DNA from: Mustelus asterias
Taxonomy: Eukaryota
Assembly (NCBI RefSeq): GCF_964213995.1
Contig: NC_135830.1
Location: 2,914,001 to 2,978,000 of the forward strand
Length of the DNA: 64,000 bases
Direction of reading: 5' to 3'
The notes beneath the pieces are model-generated. The model searched no databases. It was not told the DNA's origin and saw only the letters and a program-made list of their open reading frames with translations. Shown here piece after piece: positions 51,164 to 64,000 of this stretch; position 1 is the stretch's first letter, and each line of letters opens with the position of its first letter. Both the position numbers and the translations under genes were made by a program.

Positions 51164-51235
51164 TTTTGTGACCGGGAACCAAACCCAGGCCGCAGCAGTA
51201 ACAGCGCCAGATCCTCATCACTAGACCACCAGGTG
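51164..51235 (-). pseudogene. Degenerate tRNA-Glu copy
   Basis: CCTGGTGGTCTAGTGATGAGGATCTGGCGCTGTTACTGCTGCGGCCTGGGTTTGGTTCCCGGTCA, with damaged anticodon loop, B-box and acceptor stem. Confidence 0.78.
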
Positions 51236-51667
51236 CAATGTTTTCTTTCAAAAGTATCACTTCGCAGCAATCCCTTTGCCTTTTATTTTCATTTCAGACT
51301 ATTTTTCACCAGCGACAAATTTCTCCTTCAAATTGTCATGTTCAGATGGACTGAAGACTTCAACCATTTAAAAGAGCGATTGCTGCTTGATGGTAAATGA
51401 AACCGATAACGAGGTGAAATAGTTGTACAAACTGCTCCCATTTCCAAGACTCACCAACCTCATCACTGCGGATCCTATGAAACTTGCAAGGTAACACACA
51501 GCAGACATTCATCACTGAAAGGGACTGACACAAATCATTTACTAAAAACTATTATGTTGCATCTCTTTCTTCTCCTGTTGCTGCCTCTCTTCCAGCTCCC
51601 TCTGCCCTTGCAGCTCCCAGGGTCAATTAACTGTTTGATGTAGACACAGACATTAGGTGATCCCAGT

Positions 51668-51997
51668 TGGGTGGCACGTTGGCACAGTGGTTAGCAATGC
51701 TGCCTCACAGAGCCAGGGACCCAGGTTCGATTCTGGCCTCTGTGCGGAGTCTGCACGTTCTCCTCGTGTCTGCATGGGTTGCCTCTGAAAGCTTCGATTT
51801 CCTCCCACAGTCCAAAGATGTGCGTGTTAGGTTGATTGGCCATGCGAAATTGCCAATGGGGATTATTGTCAGGGGGATTAACAGGGTAAATATGTGGGAT
51901 CATGGGAATGGGGCCTGGTTGGAATTGTGGTCCATGCAGACTCAATGGTCCGAATGGCCTCCTTCTGCACTGTAGGGATTCTATGATTCTATGATTC
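51668..51997 (+). mobile_element. V-SINE
   Basis: Head, core and TTCTATGA tail. Confidence 0.88.
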
Positions 51998-54471
51998 CCT
52001 CCCGAGCATTATCTGGAAAGTACGAATAGTGACTGTAGGTCAAAAGTTATTGAGAAGAGAGTTTATAAATGTTCGAGTAAAGAGACACCAGAATCTCATC
52101 TTCCTGAGTCTCCCAGATACTGATTACAGGAAGGTGCACAGTTCCAATTATCCACAGTCACACTCTCCTTCCAGTCTTGTGCCCGTTGTCATACTGACTT
52201 CCAGTGTGACGAAAGCAGAACTGTGATCAGCTGATGTACAGCAAAGAATTTGACAACAAGTTGATGCTAACACTGCTCTTTGAATATCGTAAACGACAGT
52301 GAACGACTGACATGATTAACGTGTTAATCTTATCAGTTAATTTTCATCAGGAATTTTCGCATTCTCTGGAAACTCCCTTGCCTGCTGTAAATGCTGCTAT
52401 TCATGACAGCTTCACAATTATACTGATAAACGTCACACATTATAATCCGATTTGTTTTATTCCTCACTTTGGTTTCAGTTTATATTGTGGTTCATAGCAG
52501 ACAAAGTTTGTCCTTTTCCCTGGTCTAATTAGAGAATCCAATGAGTCGATTCTCTCCAATGGTATGCCTTCTCAGTGTTGCCATGGCGACCTGTCTGCGG
52601 TGAAGAGCCTGTTTGAGTTTCGAACTCAGACTGAACTTCTTTCTCCCACCAGTATATCGGACACTGTACTTCAATGCATTTTAAACATGTCAAATGGGAT
52701 TCATCGAGCAGAACAATTACAGTCAGAATCAAGCACTCAACATAACTACCCTGTTATTGACCTGGATGAATCCGAACTATATATAGCCGTATTGAAATGT
52801 AAAATTCATAACTGTGTGTAGCCATGGAGAAGCAGACCTGCGCCGAAACCTGTGCTCTGCAACCGTCTACAATGAATACATCGATTTGAATCTGTACACG
52901 TGGGAGAGAACTTGGCTGTGTTTTCTGTCAGGGCATAATGCCCATGATAATGGCCGGAATTGATTTGATTTTATATATTATTGTCACATGCATTAGTACA
53001 AAATGCAAATTATTGTTTCTTGTGCACGATACAGACAGAGCACGCCGTTCATAGAGCAAGTAACAATAAAGTGCAGAAAGTAGTATTACAGTCATGGCTG
53101 GGGTGTACAGAATGATCAAAAAGAGTTAGAACGAAGTTTTAGAAGCATAGGAAGAGAGTAAAAGATAGAATTAGAAGGTATGCTGGGCACAGCTTGCAAG
53201 AAGCCGCCTCCCTCTTGAAAAGGGAAACTAATACCAACTAAATCAATATTAGTGACTAAACATGGTTCACTTTCGCCCGCGGTGCCGTCTGTTTAACATT
53301 GTGTTAGATTTTATGAAAAAATATATCTGGGACCATACTTGACTTACTGGTGATTTCACTTTATATCCACGTCGGCTGCATGGAGGAAAAAAAATAACTG
53401 GAGTCAGGCAGCAGCTGCACTAATCTACTCATTCCTGCGCTCCAATCTTTTTTGCGTTGTTATGGGCACTGAAATCTGCGTCAACATTATGTTTTTCCTT
53501 TCATCAGAGAACTCAAACAAAATTTCCTGATTTTTTCACCATGTTGCTAATTCATCAGGAATATATGCTACCAAGTCTGTTCAGGTATCAAGGTGTTGGA
53601 AGGTCCCTAAGATCTAAATCTTTCTTCCTACATTTTCCATCTGGTCAGAGCATCTGTCAATTTCTCCGAACATTCCAGTCTTCACTGTGTCTTCCACAGG
53701 AAGTGTTGTACAGCTGCTGGTGTCACTTGCAAGCCATGCGCCAGTTAATTATGGGAATTTCAGTTGCAGTCATCATGCATTTCAACAGTGCAAGACATGC
53801 GGAACAACTACTGTACAGCAAGAGGGTGCATTTTCCAAATGAGATTGTTCCATTTGCCATTTCTCGACATAAGATGAACGAGGAAAATTCTAGATGTTAA
53901 TCAGCTTGAGTGGTTGGAGCTATGAAAACGTTATCAACATCATCCCAACCGCAATATCAGAAAACACTAAATATCCCTTCCAGAATTTCTGACTTTTTGA
54001 ATGCTTTACTGAGTATGTTGGCTGCCCAAGTGTCCAAAACTGAAATGGTTTCAGAGGTTCGTAAGATTTGCTTCCTTTAGATCTTCAGCAGCAGATACTC
54101 CGTTTCAACTGTTTGACACCCGATTCACTGTGTATTTGTTTTTCAAATTCTTCGCTAAAATGTAATTTTGCTTGCCCAATTTATGTTGTCATTTTGGTTT
54201 CAATTTGAGGATGTGCTTTCCGTCTGTATTGGGCTTCGTTGTATTATTTCTCACACTGATATTATTGTTTTATTTCTGTTTTAACCTGGATTATCATTTA
54301 AACAAACAAACGGCTGCCTCCAGAATGAATGATACTTTAAAATCAGTGTCTGCTCAAAAGTTGAAGTTATTCAAAGAAACGATCTGTTCAGTTTGTTGGA
54401 TGCCTTTTCTGGCCCTCTGACGTGCACACATAATGGCGGTTTTTCTCTCAGTCTCTCTCCATCTATTACAG

Positions 54472-55695
54472 CAACGTTGGCAGTAATTGTAATCCTGTCC
54501 CGAGGGAGGTGCGGTCTCCCCAGGTGTATTACCATTTACTTGTTGTCAATGGCGGCGACGGATCTCTTGGTCTTAATCACGTCTGTGATATACAACAGGA
54601 TTACTGGAATGTTTTTCCCATTCACATTTCTGTTCATCACACCTGTCTGATGTCTCCGCGTTGCCCTACTCTATGCAGTAATAGATAGTTCTGCCTAGTT
54701 CATCGTTGCTTTCACCTTTGATCAATTTGTAGCCATTTCTTGCCAAAAGCTGAAAGTAAAATACTGCAAAGGGAGAAAGGCAAAACAGATCATAGCGACT
54801 GTATATATTCTGAGCTTTCTAAAGAATATCCCCTTGTATTTTACATATGAACCGTTAGACATAGTTAATCAGGTCCCCTGGTTCTGCAGCATGAAGCCAA
54901 TATTTTACACGTCAACCGCATGGGCTGCATTTGACTTGTTTCATTGCACTTTAACCCCTTGTCTCCCATTCACTCTGATTTTACTGCTCAATGCTCTGAC
55001 TTTCAGACAAATTCTAATAGCCAGTAAAGTCCGCAGGAGGCTCCGGGCGCAGAGCAGTGGCGAGAATCAGACTGACCCAGAGATGGAGAAGCGGAAGAAG
55101 TCCATTGTTTTACTCTTCACAGTCTCGCGCAGTTTCATCCTGTTATACACATTATTTTTTGTAATATTCACCTGTGTCAGAATCGCAAATGTTGCATATC
55201 TCTCAGGTCCCAATCAGAGTGAATCATCATTGATGCTGGAGGAATATGGATACATGCTTCAGCTTCTGAGTTCTTGCATTAACCCATGCATTTACACGGG
55301 CGCCATGGTAGCACAGTGGTTAGCACTGCTGCTTCACAGCTCCAGGGACCTGGGTTCGATTCCCGGCTTGGGTCACTGTCTGTGTGGAGTTTGCACATTC
55401 TGCTCGTGTCTGCGTGGGTTTCCTCCCACAGTCCAAAGATGTGCGGGTTAGGTTGGTTGGCCATGCTTAAAAATTGCCCTTAGTGTCCTGAGATGTTTTG
55501 GGTCGAGGGATTAGTGGGTGGATATGGGGGAAAGGGCCTGGATGGGATTGTGTTCAGTATAGACTCGATGGTCCGAATGGCCTGTTTCTGTAGTGTAGGG
55601 TTTCTATGATTTATGCAGGGACCCAGAGTCAATTCAGAGCTGAGTTAAACAGTGGGATGAATTATCCACTCAATTTTTATTGTTACATCATTTAA
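54472..55695 (+). pseudogene. GPR139-like GPCR pseudogene, copy 2 (main exon)
   Basis: TTACAG acceptor at 54471. Encodes LAVIVILSRGRCGLPRCITIYLLSMAATDL..TFDQFVAI..LPFTLILLLN..MLQLLSSCINPCIY. Stops at 54648 and 54696, SINE insertion at 55298. Exon 1 was not located. Confidence 0.87.
55298..55608 (+). mobile_element. V-SINE inserted into GPCR TM7/helix-8 coding sequence
   Basis: Interrupts NPCIY..GTQSQFRAEL and is flanked by a degenerate TSD. Confidence 0.92.
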
Positions 55696-56829
55696 ATGAA
55701 GAAAATTATAAAAGAAAGCATGGATTGTGCATTATATTTCCATCCATTATTTTTGTCCAACTCTTCCTTGTGTTCCACCATCAGATGCATAATCACAAGT
55801 TTTGACATTGTGATTTCCAGTGTAAACTTAAGAATGTGTAAGCGATACTTCAACGGACCACAATTACTATTACATATCCCCATTTAGATTCAAGTCCATT
55901 TCTTCCTGTTCAATCAGCTCTCGTACAGTTGCAACTTCCGTTCCCTCCCTAAATTATATCATAATGCATGTAGGAAGCAGGGAGTCCAATGTGGATGTCA
56001 GGTAGTCCTCTGTAATGAAGCAACATAAATATACTCGTGGTCTGTGTAAATCTTGAATGTTGAGAGTCAGCTAGGCTTTTTAATTAGTCCAACTCACATC
56101 GATAGGTGTCTATTAGCACTCATGCCCCATAGCCACATCATTGTAACCACAACCATAGAAGAGAGAAACTCCTAAGAAACAAGGCAACAGTGAAGCACAT
56201 TGTTCACTTCTTCACCTTTCTGAAAGTACATTAGGACGGCACGCCAGTACACCAAACAAAATAAATATAATTGATATCGAAAAACTGCCACTCTTTCAAA
56301 TGTTTTCATTTAAAAATCTTATGAATGCACCTACTTCGCAGTAAGTTGATATTTCTCTATCTATAACTGAAACACTACATTCTGCAATCACTCGTTCCCT
56401 TCTCTATTCACGGTAGGTTTTGTCTGTATGGCGCGCAAGAAACAATACTTTTCACTTTATATTAATTCATGCGACAATGTTAAAAAAAAACAAATGACAA
56501 TATTTTTGTCAAATTTAATGAGAATGTCATCGTCATTTTCGTCCGTTCTTTGTCCTCGAACACAAATTCTTCGATATTAATAGTCGTAGAATGCAACGTT
56601 AACTGGACCGTTGGCTGATTATGGCAGATATTCTGCATCATTTGATCTCCAACAGAACCAGACAGTGTGAGATACTCAACAACGCTGTGCGAGAAATGAT
56701 TATCGACAATGGTACAGAGATCAAACGTTACTTGACTGAGATTTAGTTCACCACCGATCGCTTCCTCCTCTACAGGGAAATCGCTGAAATCAGGTGAAGA
56801 TTCCAAATGCAGTCAGTCTTATAAGCATT

Positions 56830-57190
56830 TGGGGGAGGCGATGGCCTAGTGGTATTGTCGCTGGACTATTAATCCAGAAACTCAGTTAATGTCTTGGGGA
56901 TCCGGGTGCGAATCTCGCCATGGCAGATGGTAGAATTTCAATTCACTGAAAAAATATCTGGCATTAAGAATCTACTGATGGCCAGGAAACCATTGTCGAT
57001 TGCCAGAAAAACCCAGCTGGTTCACTAATGCCTTTAGGAAAGGAAATCTGCCATTCTTACCTGGTCTGGCCGACATGTGACTCCAGAGCCACAGCAATCT
57101 GGTTGACTTTCAACTGCCCTCTAAGGGTGATTCGGGATAGGCAATAAATGCTGACCAGCCAGCGATGCCCATGTCCCATGAATGAGTAAT
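56830..57190 (+). mobile_element. Second tRNA-headed SINE family
   Basis: GGGGAGGCGATGGCCTAGTGG head and CTGGTTCACTAATG..GACTCCAGAGCCACAGCAA body. Other copies at ~33370-33705 (-) and ~58640-58990 (+). Confidence 0.8.
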
Positions 57191-60100
57191 TTATTGAACT
57201 GACTTAACAGTCATATTTGTGATCCATGTGAATATCAGAGGGGACAAAGGAGAAAACAAAGTGCAATCAAGTGAGAGAAAGACGCGAGATCACACAGGAG
57301 AAACAGAGACAAATCTTGGAGGAAACAGGAAAGCACCTGAAATATCGAACCACTGGGACAGTGTGGCTAAGACTGTTTACTATTTATTGCATTTGATGGA
57401 ATACAACACTTTCTCGTCGTTAGAATTGGAATATTTTGGCAACGATGAAGGGGAATTTCTTCACTCAGTGGATGGAGAATCCATTACCCGAGAGGGCTCT
57501 GGAGGCTCAGTCGCTGGTGTGATCAAGGCAGTCGTGGATACGTTCCTAGTTACTACACGTTAGGAGATCTATCGGGCAGTGAAAGAAAAAGGCTTTGAAG
57601 AAGATCCGCCAGATCTAGTAAAATTGCAGAACAGATGCAAAGGGCTGAATGGTCTTCTCTGTTTCTATGTCCCTTTGTTCTTGAAAGGAAAATACCAGAA
57701 ACTGGGAAGGTGCAAAGAGGAGGAAGGGACTTAGCATGAAAGTAATCAAAGCCAATTTGGAAGTTAAACTCAGAGGTCCATAAGCCAGGACGAAAGTTGC
57801 CTTTTAACCTGAGGGATCGGAGTGCGGGGAATGTTCACCAGGGCATGGTTGAGGTATGCATGAGAAACACTGCCATGGAGATCCAAAGTTACATGTACAC
57901 ATTTATTTACATAATGACCGAGAAGAACATACATAAGAAGAGAAAACTAATAAATAGAAACGGCGACTATTGACGGGTGAATGGGGCATTGACAGTAAGA
58001 AAAGCAACTGCATTAACAGAAATGGATGTACACCATATAATCATAGAATCCGTGCAGTGCAGAAGGAGGCCATTCAGTCCATCGTGGCTGCACCGAGCAC
58101 AATCCCACCCAGGCCCTATTCCCGTAATCCCACATATTTACACTGCTAATCCCCCTGGCACTAGGGTCAATTCAGCATGGGCCATCAACGTAACAGAGAT
58201 GAGAAAAGTTTAAAAATATGCTCAGCGGTATGCAGGGAAGATATATTCCGCTAGAATGAGCACAAAATCAAAAGATCAGCTGGAATTTATAGATGAGTGA
58301 AAACAGAAAGGGACAAACGAGGGTGAGGACAGATGCACAGCTTAAGTACATGGGCAGCAGAGGAGAACACGAGAGGTGAATGTCTGAATTCGGACATAAC
58401 TGAAATTTCAGGAGGCAATGAGAAACTATCAGATCATTAACTAACATAGCACAAAATAATAATTACTTTGAAGACCATTGACGAAGCAAAACTGATAGAA
58501 ATTGGGTAATAAATTGGGAAAGTAGACAGTACCGGATGCAACAAAAGAGCTATTGAAGGCGATTTCAATAACTATTTCATTCCAGTGAAAACAAGAACGT
58601 TATAAAAGCTGAAAAATAACACTGAATTATGAGAAAAGGTGAGGCGATGTATTACTACTGGATGATTAATCCAGAAACTCAGCAAATGTTCCAGCCAATG
58701 GTGGAATTTGAACTCAGTAAAAACAAATCTGGAATTAAGAATCTACTGATAACCATGAAATCATTGTTGATTGTTGGAAAAACCCACCTGGTTCACTGAT
58801 GTCCTTTCGGGAAGGAAATCTGCTGTCCTTACCCGGTCTGGCCTACATGCGACTCCAGAGCCACAGCAATGTTGTTGCCTCTCAACTGCCTTCTGAAATG
58901 ACCTAGCAAGGCACTCAGTTCAAAGGCAACTCGGGACGAGCAACAAATGTCGGCCAACCACCGACACCCTTTTCCCACAAATGAATTTATAAAAGGTAAT
59001 TTGATACGTACCCATAATAACACAGAAAAGATAAAATGAACTAAACAGCCTCAAAGAGACTAAAGCTGTTGGTGTAATTGATTGTATCTATTAATTAATA
59101 AATAATGTAGGGAAAAGATAGCCGACATACTGATGTTCAAACACATCAATTTCTATAATGTAGTGAACCTTCCAGGGGAAACTAATGTCATCGGATTTGA
59201 ATTTAGGAGCAGAATTAATAGTTTATCTTCGCTGCTGTGAAATGTTTATACGACCCAATGTGCTATAGAAATCCGAGGTCGCTAAAATAACTCAGTCGAG
59301 GAGCAATTAAGTGTGAATTACATCTGCGGTTGAGCGCAAGGAACAGAGAAACTGACAATAAAAAGAAATGAATGTTTTGATCACTGAGGAAGCAAACATT
59401 TCTGGGGAAAAAATCAGTTTTATCACTGCCACATGAACAAATTGATGGAGTTCAATTTCGCAATTGAACAATGGAGAATCGATGCTGTTAAGACTTCGGT
59501 GATACGAGACAGAGGGAATTGACTGAAGAGTGTCCTGCTGGTCATCGTTGCTACTGAGAAACTCAGGAAATATTAAAATATTGGCGAAAGCTAAGGCAGG
59601 CTTTTCCTTTGTCTTTCCAATAGTTCCCATGATCCCTGTTGTCTTTGTCTCTGCCCATATCACTTTTTGTCTCCCATCTTCCATACTGGGCTATTCATAC
59701 ACTGCAATTATTGTGTAGAGGTAGTTTTATTGTGCTATTGACACTATTAATCCTGGAACATTCGTAGACTGTAATGACTGTAGATGCATTTCATTATGCT
59801 ATTAACACTGACTGTGGGCGCATGCATCGACTGTATTCAGTGTGTTGAAGTCGTCTTATCCTGGAATTGAAAATTGTTGTGTTCGCTTTCAGAGACTCTG
59901 ATCACAGGGTAAATAAAGTTTTTTTGTGCAGTTGACAATGCTATTGTGGTGAGTCGCCACAAAGTTATGTTAGTGTAAATTCCATTCTATTGTTGCAAAG
60001 CTCGTGTCGCTCTGGGTGAATTTGCACCCTGTTATCAAAGCAAAACTCCAATGTTAGTATGTTTTTGGCACTGTGATTGACGTTCAATTCTCTCACGATT

Positions 60101-60749
60101 ATCCGTGTGCAATTGGAGACCAATCATGCAACTGGCACTGTGACGATGCGTGAGTTGCTGCATTGCCATTTTGGTGCAAATATAGCTCCACTGCCCTATT
60201 TTTCGCTGTAGTTTGCTGGTGGATTTTCACCTTGTTATCCTTGTTATCACAGTGAAACTCCTGATATTAAGGTATCGATCGTGAAATCGACGGAGGAATT
60301 CGCATATATTATCCATTTTTTCAATAGATTGCACCTTTGAATAACTCCAAAGCGAATTAAGGGAGTGCATATATTGAAAGAGCATTATTTGACACCAAAC
60401 TGTTGACACATTTATAAATAATGTTACAGTGGCTCTCTGGTAAATTGTTTATATTTTTCCATGGCCAACAAAGCACATGTAGCCACTGGCCTCGATCTCG
60501 CACCATCGCTGCTTAAGGCAGGTTCTCCTCTCTCTGATTGCTTACGGCTGAAGATGCTACATTGCAGACTGCTGAGGTCCGGGGCTTATTATTTCCCTGT
60601 GGTCAAGGAATATCGCAAACATCTCACCATTTCCATCAGTTTCTCCATATTGAATGAGACACCAAAGCTGCTGACATCTTTTGCATCCAAGGCACATCTT
60701 TAAATATTCTAATTTTCACTCGAAGGCAAATTTGAACATTTATTTGACT

Positions 60750-61180
60750 GTTCCTTGCATCACTCAGAAGATGCCATATGACGGGAGGGTCTTTCTGCGA
60801 ATGAATGGTACCCCTGGCGGTGAAGGGTGTCCAGCCATTATCATCACTGTGATGTTAAACCAAATTGCTGGTATTTATTTCTCATGTGGTTTCAGTCCAA
60901 CACACCAAAACGCAATGTCCACATTGCCTTAATCTGTGAAGCTATAGGCAGTTCTTCCTGGTTCACTGTTGATTTCACCTTTGATCGATTATTGGCCATT
61001 TCTTGCCAGAAAGTGAAATAAAATGTTGTATGGACAAGCCAGCAACATGGGTGATCGAGGCTGTCTGCACACAGAATTGTCTGAAAAATACTTCTGTTGC
61101 TCCATATTTAAATGTTTGCCCATAATTTAAATCATTCTGGTTGTGTTATAAGATCCATATTTTATACATCACCTGCATAT
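60750..61180 (+). pseudogene. Highly decayed GPR139-like GPCR fragment, copy 3
   Basis: IIITVMLNQIAGIYF, then SSSWFTVDFTFDRLLAISCQKVK in another frame, and IFYTSPA. Interrupted by a SINE tail at ~61182. Confidence 0.75.
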
Positions 61181-62169
61181 ACATAGAATCCCGACAGTGC
61201 AGAAGGAGGTCATTCGGACCATCGAGCCTGCAGTAATTACAATCCCACCCAGGCTTTATTCCTGTAACCTCACATATTTACCCTGCTAATCACTGACACC
61301 ATGTTAAATTTAACATGGCCAATCAACCTAATATAATTCATTCCATTTAACTGAATTGTGATAACCCTGGATTAGCACATCGCCGGGCCCAAAGTCTCCG
61401 AGTGTGAGTGTCCACAAATTCCTTCGCCACACTCACTGGATTGTTTGCATCTGTACATTTGTCACATTAAACCTACCAAAAAGAATCCCATTGATGCCAA
61501 CAATCTGTTTCTTATTTTTAACCAATCTTTTATCCATGTCAATATAATACTCATTCAACCACGAGCTTTAATTTTCTGCAGCAATATTTGATGTTGCAAC
61601 TGAGCAAATGTTTTCTGTCTTGCACGCATACAGTACATCCATCCGTTCACTTGATCCACAGCACATGTGACTCATTGAAATAATTCTGATAATTGCATTA
61701 AACATGATTTTCATTTGACAAAAAATGTTAACTCTGCATAATTGACTTGTTTTTTTTCCACATGCCAGGCTCTGCCGTATTTGATAGTGGCAAAGAATTC
61801 TTGCCCTCTGACGGATGGTAGGTTAGCTGGCCTATCTCACTCTACGTTCAATGCTCCTGCGTTCTGTAGACTTATTTTTTTGCTATTTTGCAAACGAATT
61901 GAACCTTCCAGGCTTCGAGGTAATTTTGGAAATTTACATCAATTCATCGACCATCTCACTGGCCAATTGTGTCAAGCCATTCGTTTGAAGTTAATGAGGT
62001 TACAAATATTTTTCAGGCAGCTTGCTAACAATTTGCTCAATACAATTAACTTGCTGATGGAAATTTTCTCCTCTTCCTCCCTGTCTTGCATTTCCTGACT
62101 GGCAGCTACTGGTGAGACCTGAAATGCTACTCGAGTCCTCTACCGTCAAGACCAATACAAAATACCTGT

Positions 62170-64000
62170 TAGGGGACAGCTAAATTGCCGGTCGTTTATT
62201 ATTGGCCCCCAAAAAGTTAGTGGGAAATTGAAGAGCAAATATGTGTGTATTTCGCAGAGGTGTGTAAAAATAGCAAGAGGGTAATTACATTGGTGATTTC
62301 AATTTTTCCAAAATTAATGGGGAGAGCCATCATGTTCAGGGCATAGATGGAGTAGAGTGTTTTAGAATCTATACAGGAAAACTTTTTCGGTCAATATGTA
62401 GAGGTTGCAACAGGGATGATGCCGTGCTGGACCTAATTCTGGGGAATGGAGCGAGACAGATGGTTGAAGTGTGGGAGCATTTTGGTGATAGCGACCACAA
62501 CATGGTTCAATTCAAATTTATTATGGACAAAGAAACAGATAAGTTACAGAAAAAGGTTTTCAATTGGTGGAGAATAGATTTTAACAAAATGGGACAGCAT
62601 CTGGCCAAGGTCGACTGGAAAGAGTTACTTGTGGGGGAACCTACGGAAGAGCAGTGAAGTGCTTTCAAAAATGAAATGGAGAGGGTACAAGCCCAACATG
62701 TTTCCTCTAGGGTAATTGGAAAGTGTAACAAACCCAGAGAACCATGGATTACCAGAGACCTTCAGAATAAAATGAGAATAAAAAGCGACGCTTTTAAGAA
62801 GTATAAGGGGAGGACGTCTGCAGAGGCATTAGTGGAGAGCAGGAAGTGCAGGACAGAGCTTAAGAAATCAAACAGGAGAGCGAAGAAGTGATATGAGAAA
62901 TTGCTGTCTGGTAAAAGTGGACAAAATCGTAGATATTCTGTAAGTACATCAATGGGAAGAGGATAAGCAGGATAAGAGTAGGACCTATTAAGAGGCAAGG
63001 GTGTTCATCCACGAGAACGAGGAGATAGGTATGGAACTCGGGGAGAGAGACTATGAGGTTCCAGGGAGTAACATAGAAACATAGAAAATAGGAGCAGAAA
63101 GGGGCAATTTGGCCCTTCGAAGCAAATGGTAAATAGAGTGATGAGGTATTGGAGGTATTGGCGGGTTTAAAATTGGACATATAACCAGGCCCAGATAAAT
63201 TGTGTCCTCGGCTGTTGTGGGAGGCGAGGGAGGAAATTTCAGAGGATTTGACCCAAAATTTTAATTCCTCTGTGGCCACCGGGGGAGCCAGAGGACGGAA
63301 GAACATCTAATCGTAGAAACCGTACAGTGCAGAAGGAGGCCATTCGGCCCCTCGAGTCTGCACCGAAAATAATGCCACCCCAGCCCCTATCCCCACTAAT
63401 TCCTCTAACCTCCATATCCCGGGACACTTTAGGCAGTCTGGATGTCCAATCAACCTAACCCGCACGTCTTTGGACTGTGGGAGGAACCAGAGCACCCAAA
63501 GGAAACCCATGCACACTGGGAGAATGCACAAATAACACACAGACAGTGACCCAATCTGGGAATCGAACCCAGGTCCCTGGCCCTCTGAGGCAGCAGTGTT
63601 AACCATTGCCAACGTGCTAACCACTGTGCCACTGTGCTGCCCCGATCTAATTTGATCCCACTATTTAAGATATATGCAGAAACAAGCCAGGGAACTAAAT
63701 ACCAGTGAAGCTCACTGTGGTTGGGAAACTACTGGAGAACGTTCCGAAGGAGAGAAACTCTTTCCATTAGGAGAGGCAAGGTTTGATCAGGAATGGTCAG
63801 CATGGCTTTGTCAAGGGCAGATCCTTCCTAACACGTTTAACTGAATTTTTTGGACATGAAACCAAGTGTGTAAATGATGGTAGTGCGGTTGATTTCAGCA
63901 AAGTCTTTGACAAAGTTTCACATGAAAGATGTTAAGAAGGCAAATGCATATGGGATGCAGGGTGATCTGATAAGGTGGATTCATAATTGCCTTAGTGGTA
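62170..64000 (+). mobile_element. Degenerate CR1 LINE ORF2 (endonuclease to RT) with nested SINE
   Basis: LDLILGN..EHFGDSDHN endonuclease motif, EPWITR and QHGF..DFSKVFDKV. Runs off the window end. Confidence 0.88.
63310..63645 (-). mobile_element. V-SINE nested in CR1
   Basis: Tail, core and head. Confidence 0.85.

Noticed and set aside
56480-56806. 108-aa acidic ORF
   Set aside because: Non-ATG start, no family similarity, and lies between repeats.
1155-63632. Many short ORFs with CLRGFPPG/HPEETHADTG motifs
   Set aside because: Translations of V-SINE copies, not genes.

Overview
Repeat-rich, AT-rich vertebrate genomic DNA from a cartilaginous fish (shark). The taxon is inferred from the IgNAR gene, V-SINE/HE1-type SINEs and CR1 LINEs. 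(1) The main feature is a minus-strand IgNAR-type heavy-chain-only antibody gene (6124-15969). Its V(D)J is already fused in the genomic DNA as one exon with no RSS. Only three constant exons are visible (homologous to IgNAR C3, C4 and C5 plus secretory tail). No C1, C2 or TM exon was found. All splice sites are GT-AG and phase 1, giving an open 465-aa precursor: a candidate germline-joined, shortened, invariant IgNAR. (2) Three decayed GPR139-like class A GPCR copies (27096-30988, 54472-55695, ~60750-61180). (3) A full-length defective endogenous retrovirus (34227-44225) with a tRNA-Pro PBS, 5-bp TSD, gamma-type env, a duplicated Gag-like N-terminus and two different integrase tails. (4) Two degenerate tRNA-Glu copies, a minisatellite, local duplications and many SINE/LINE fragments. 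An assembly gap (10153-10316) lies inside the IgNAR V-C intron and is the main caveat. Repeat boundaries were placed by eye and are approximate.
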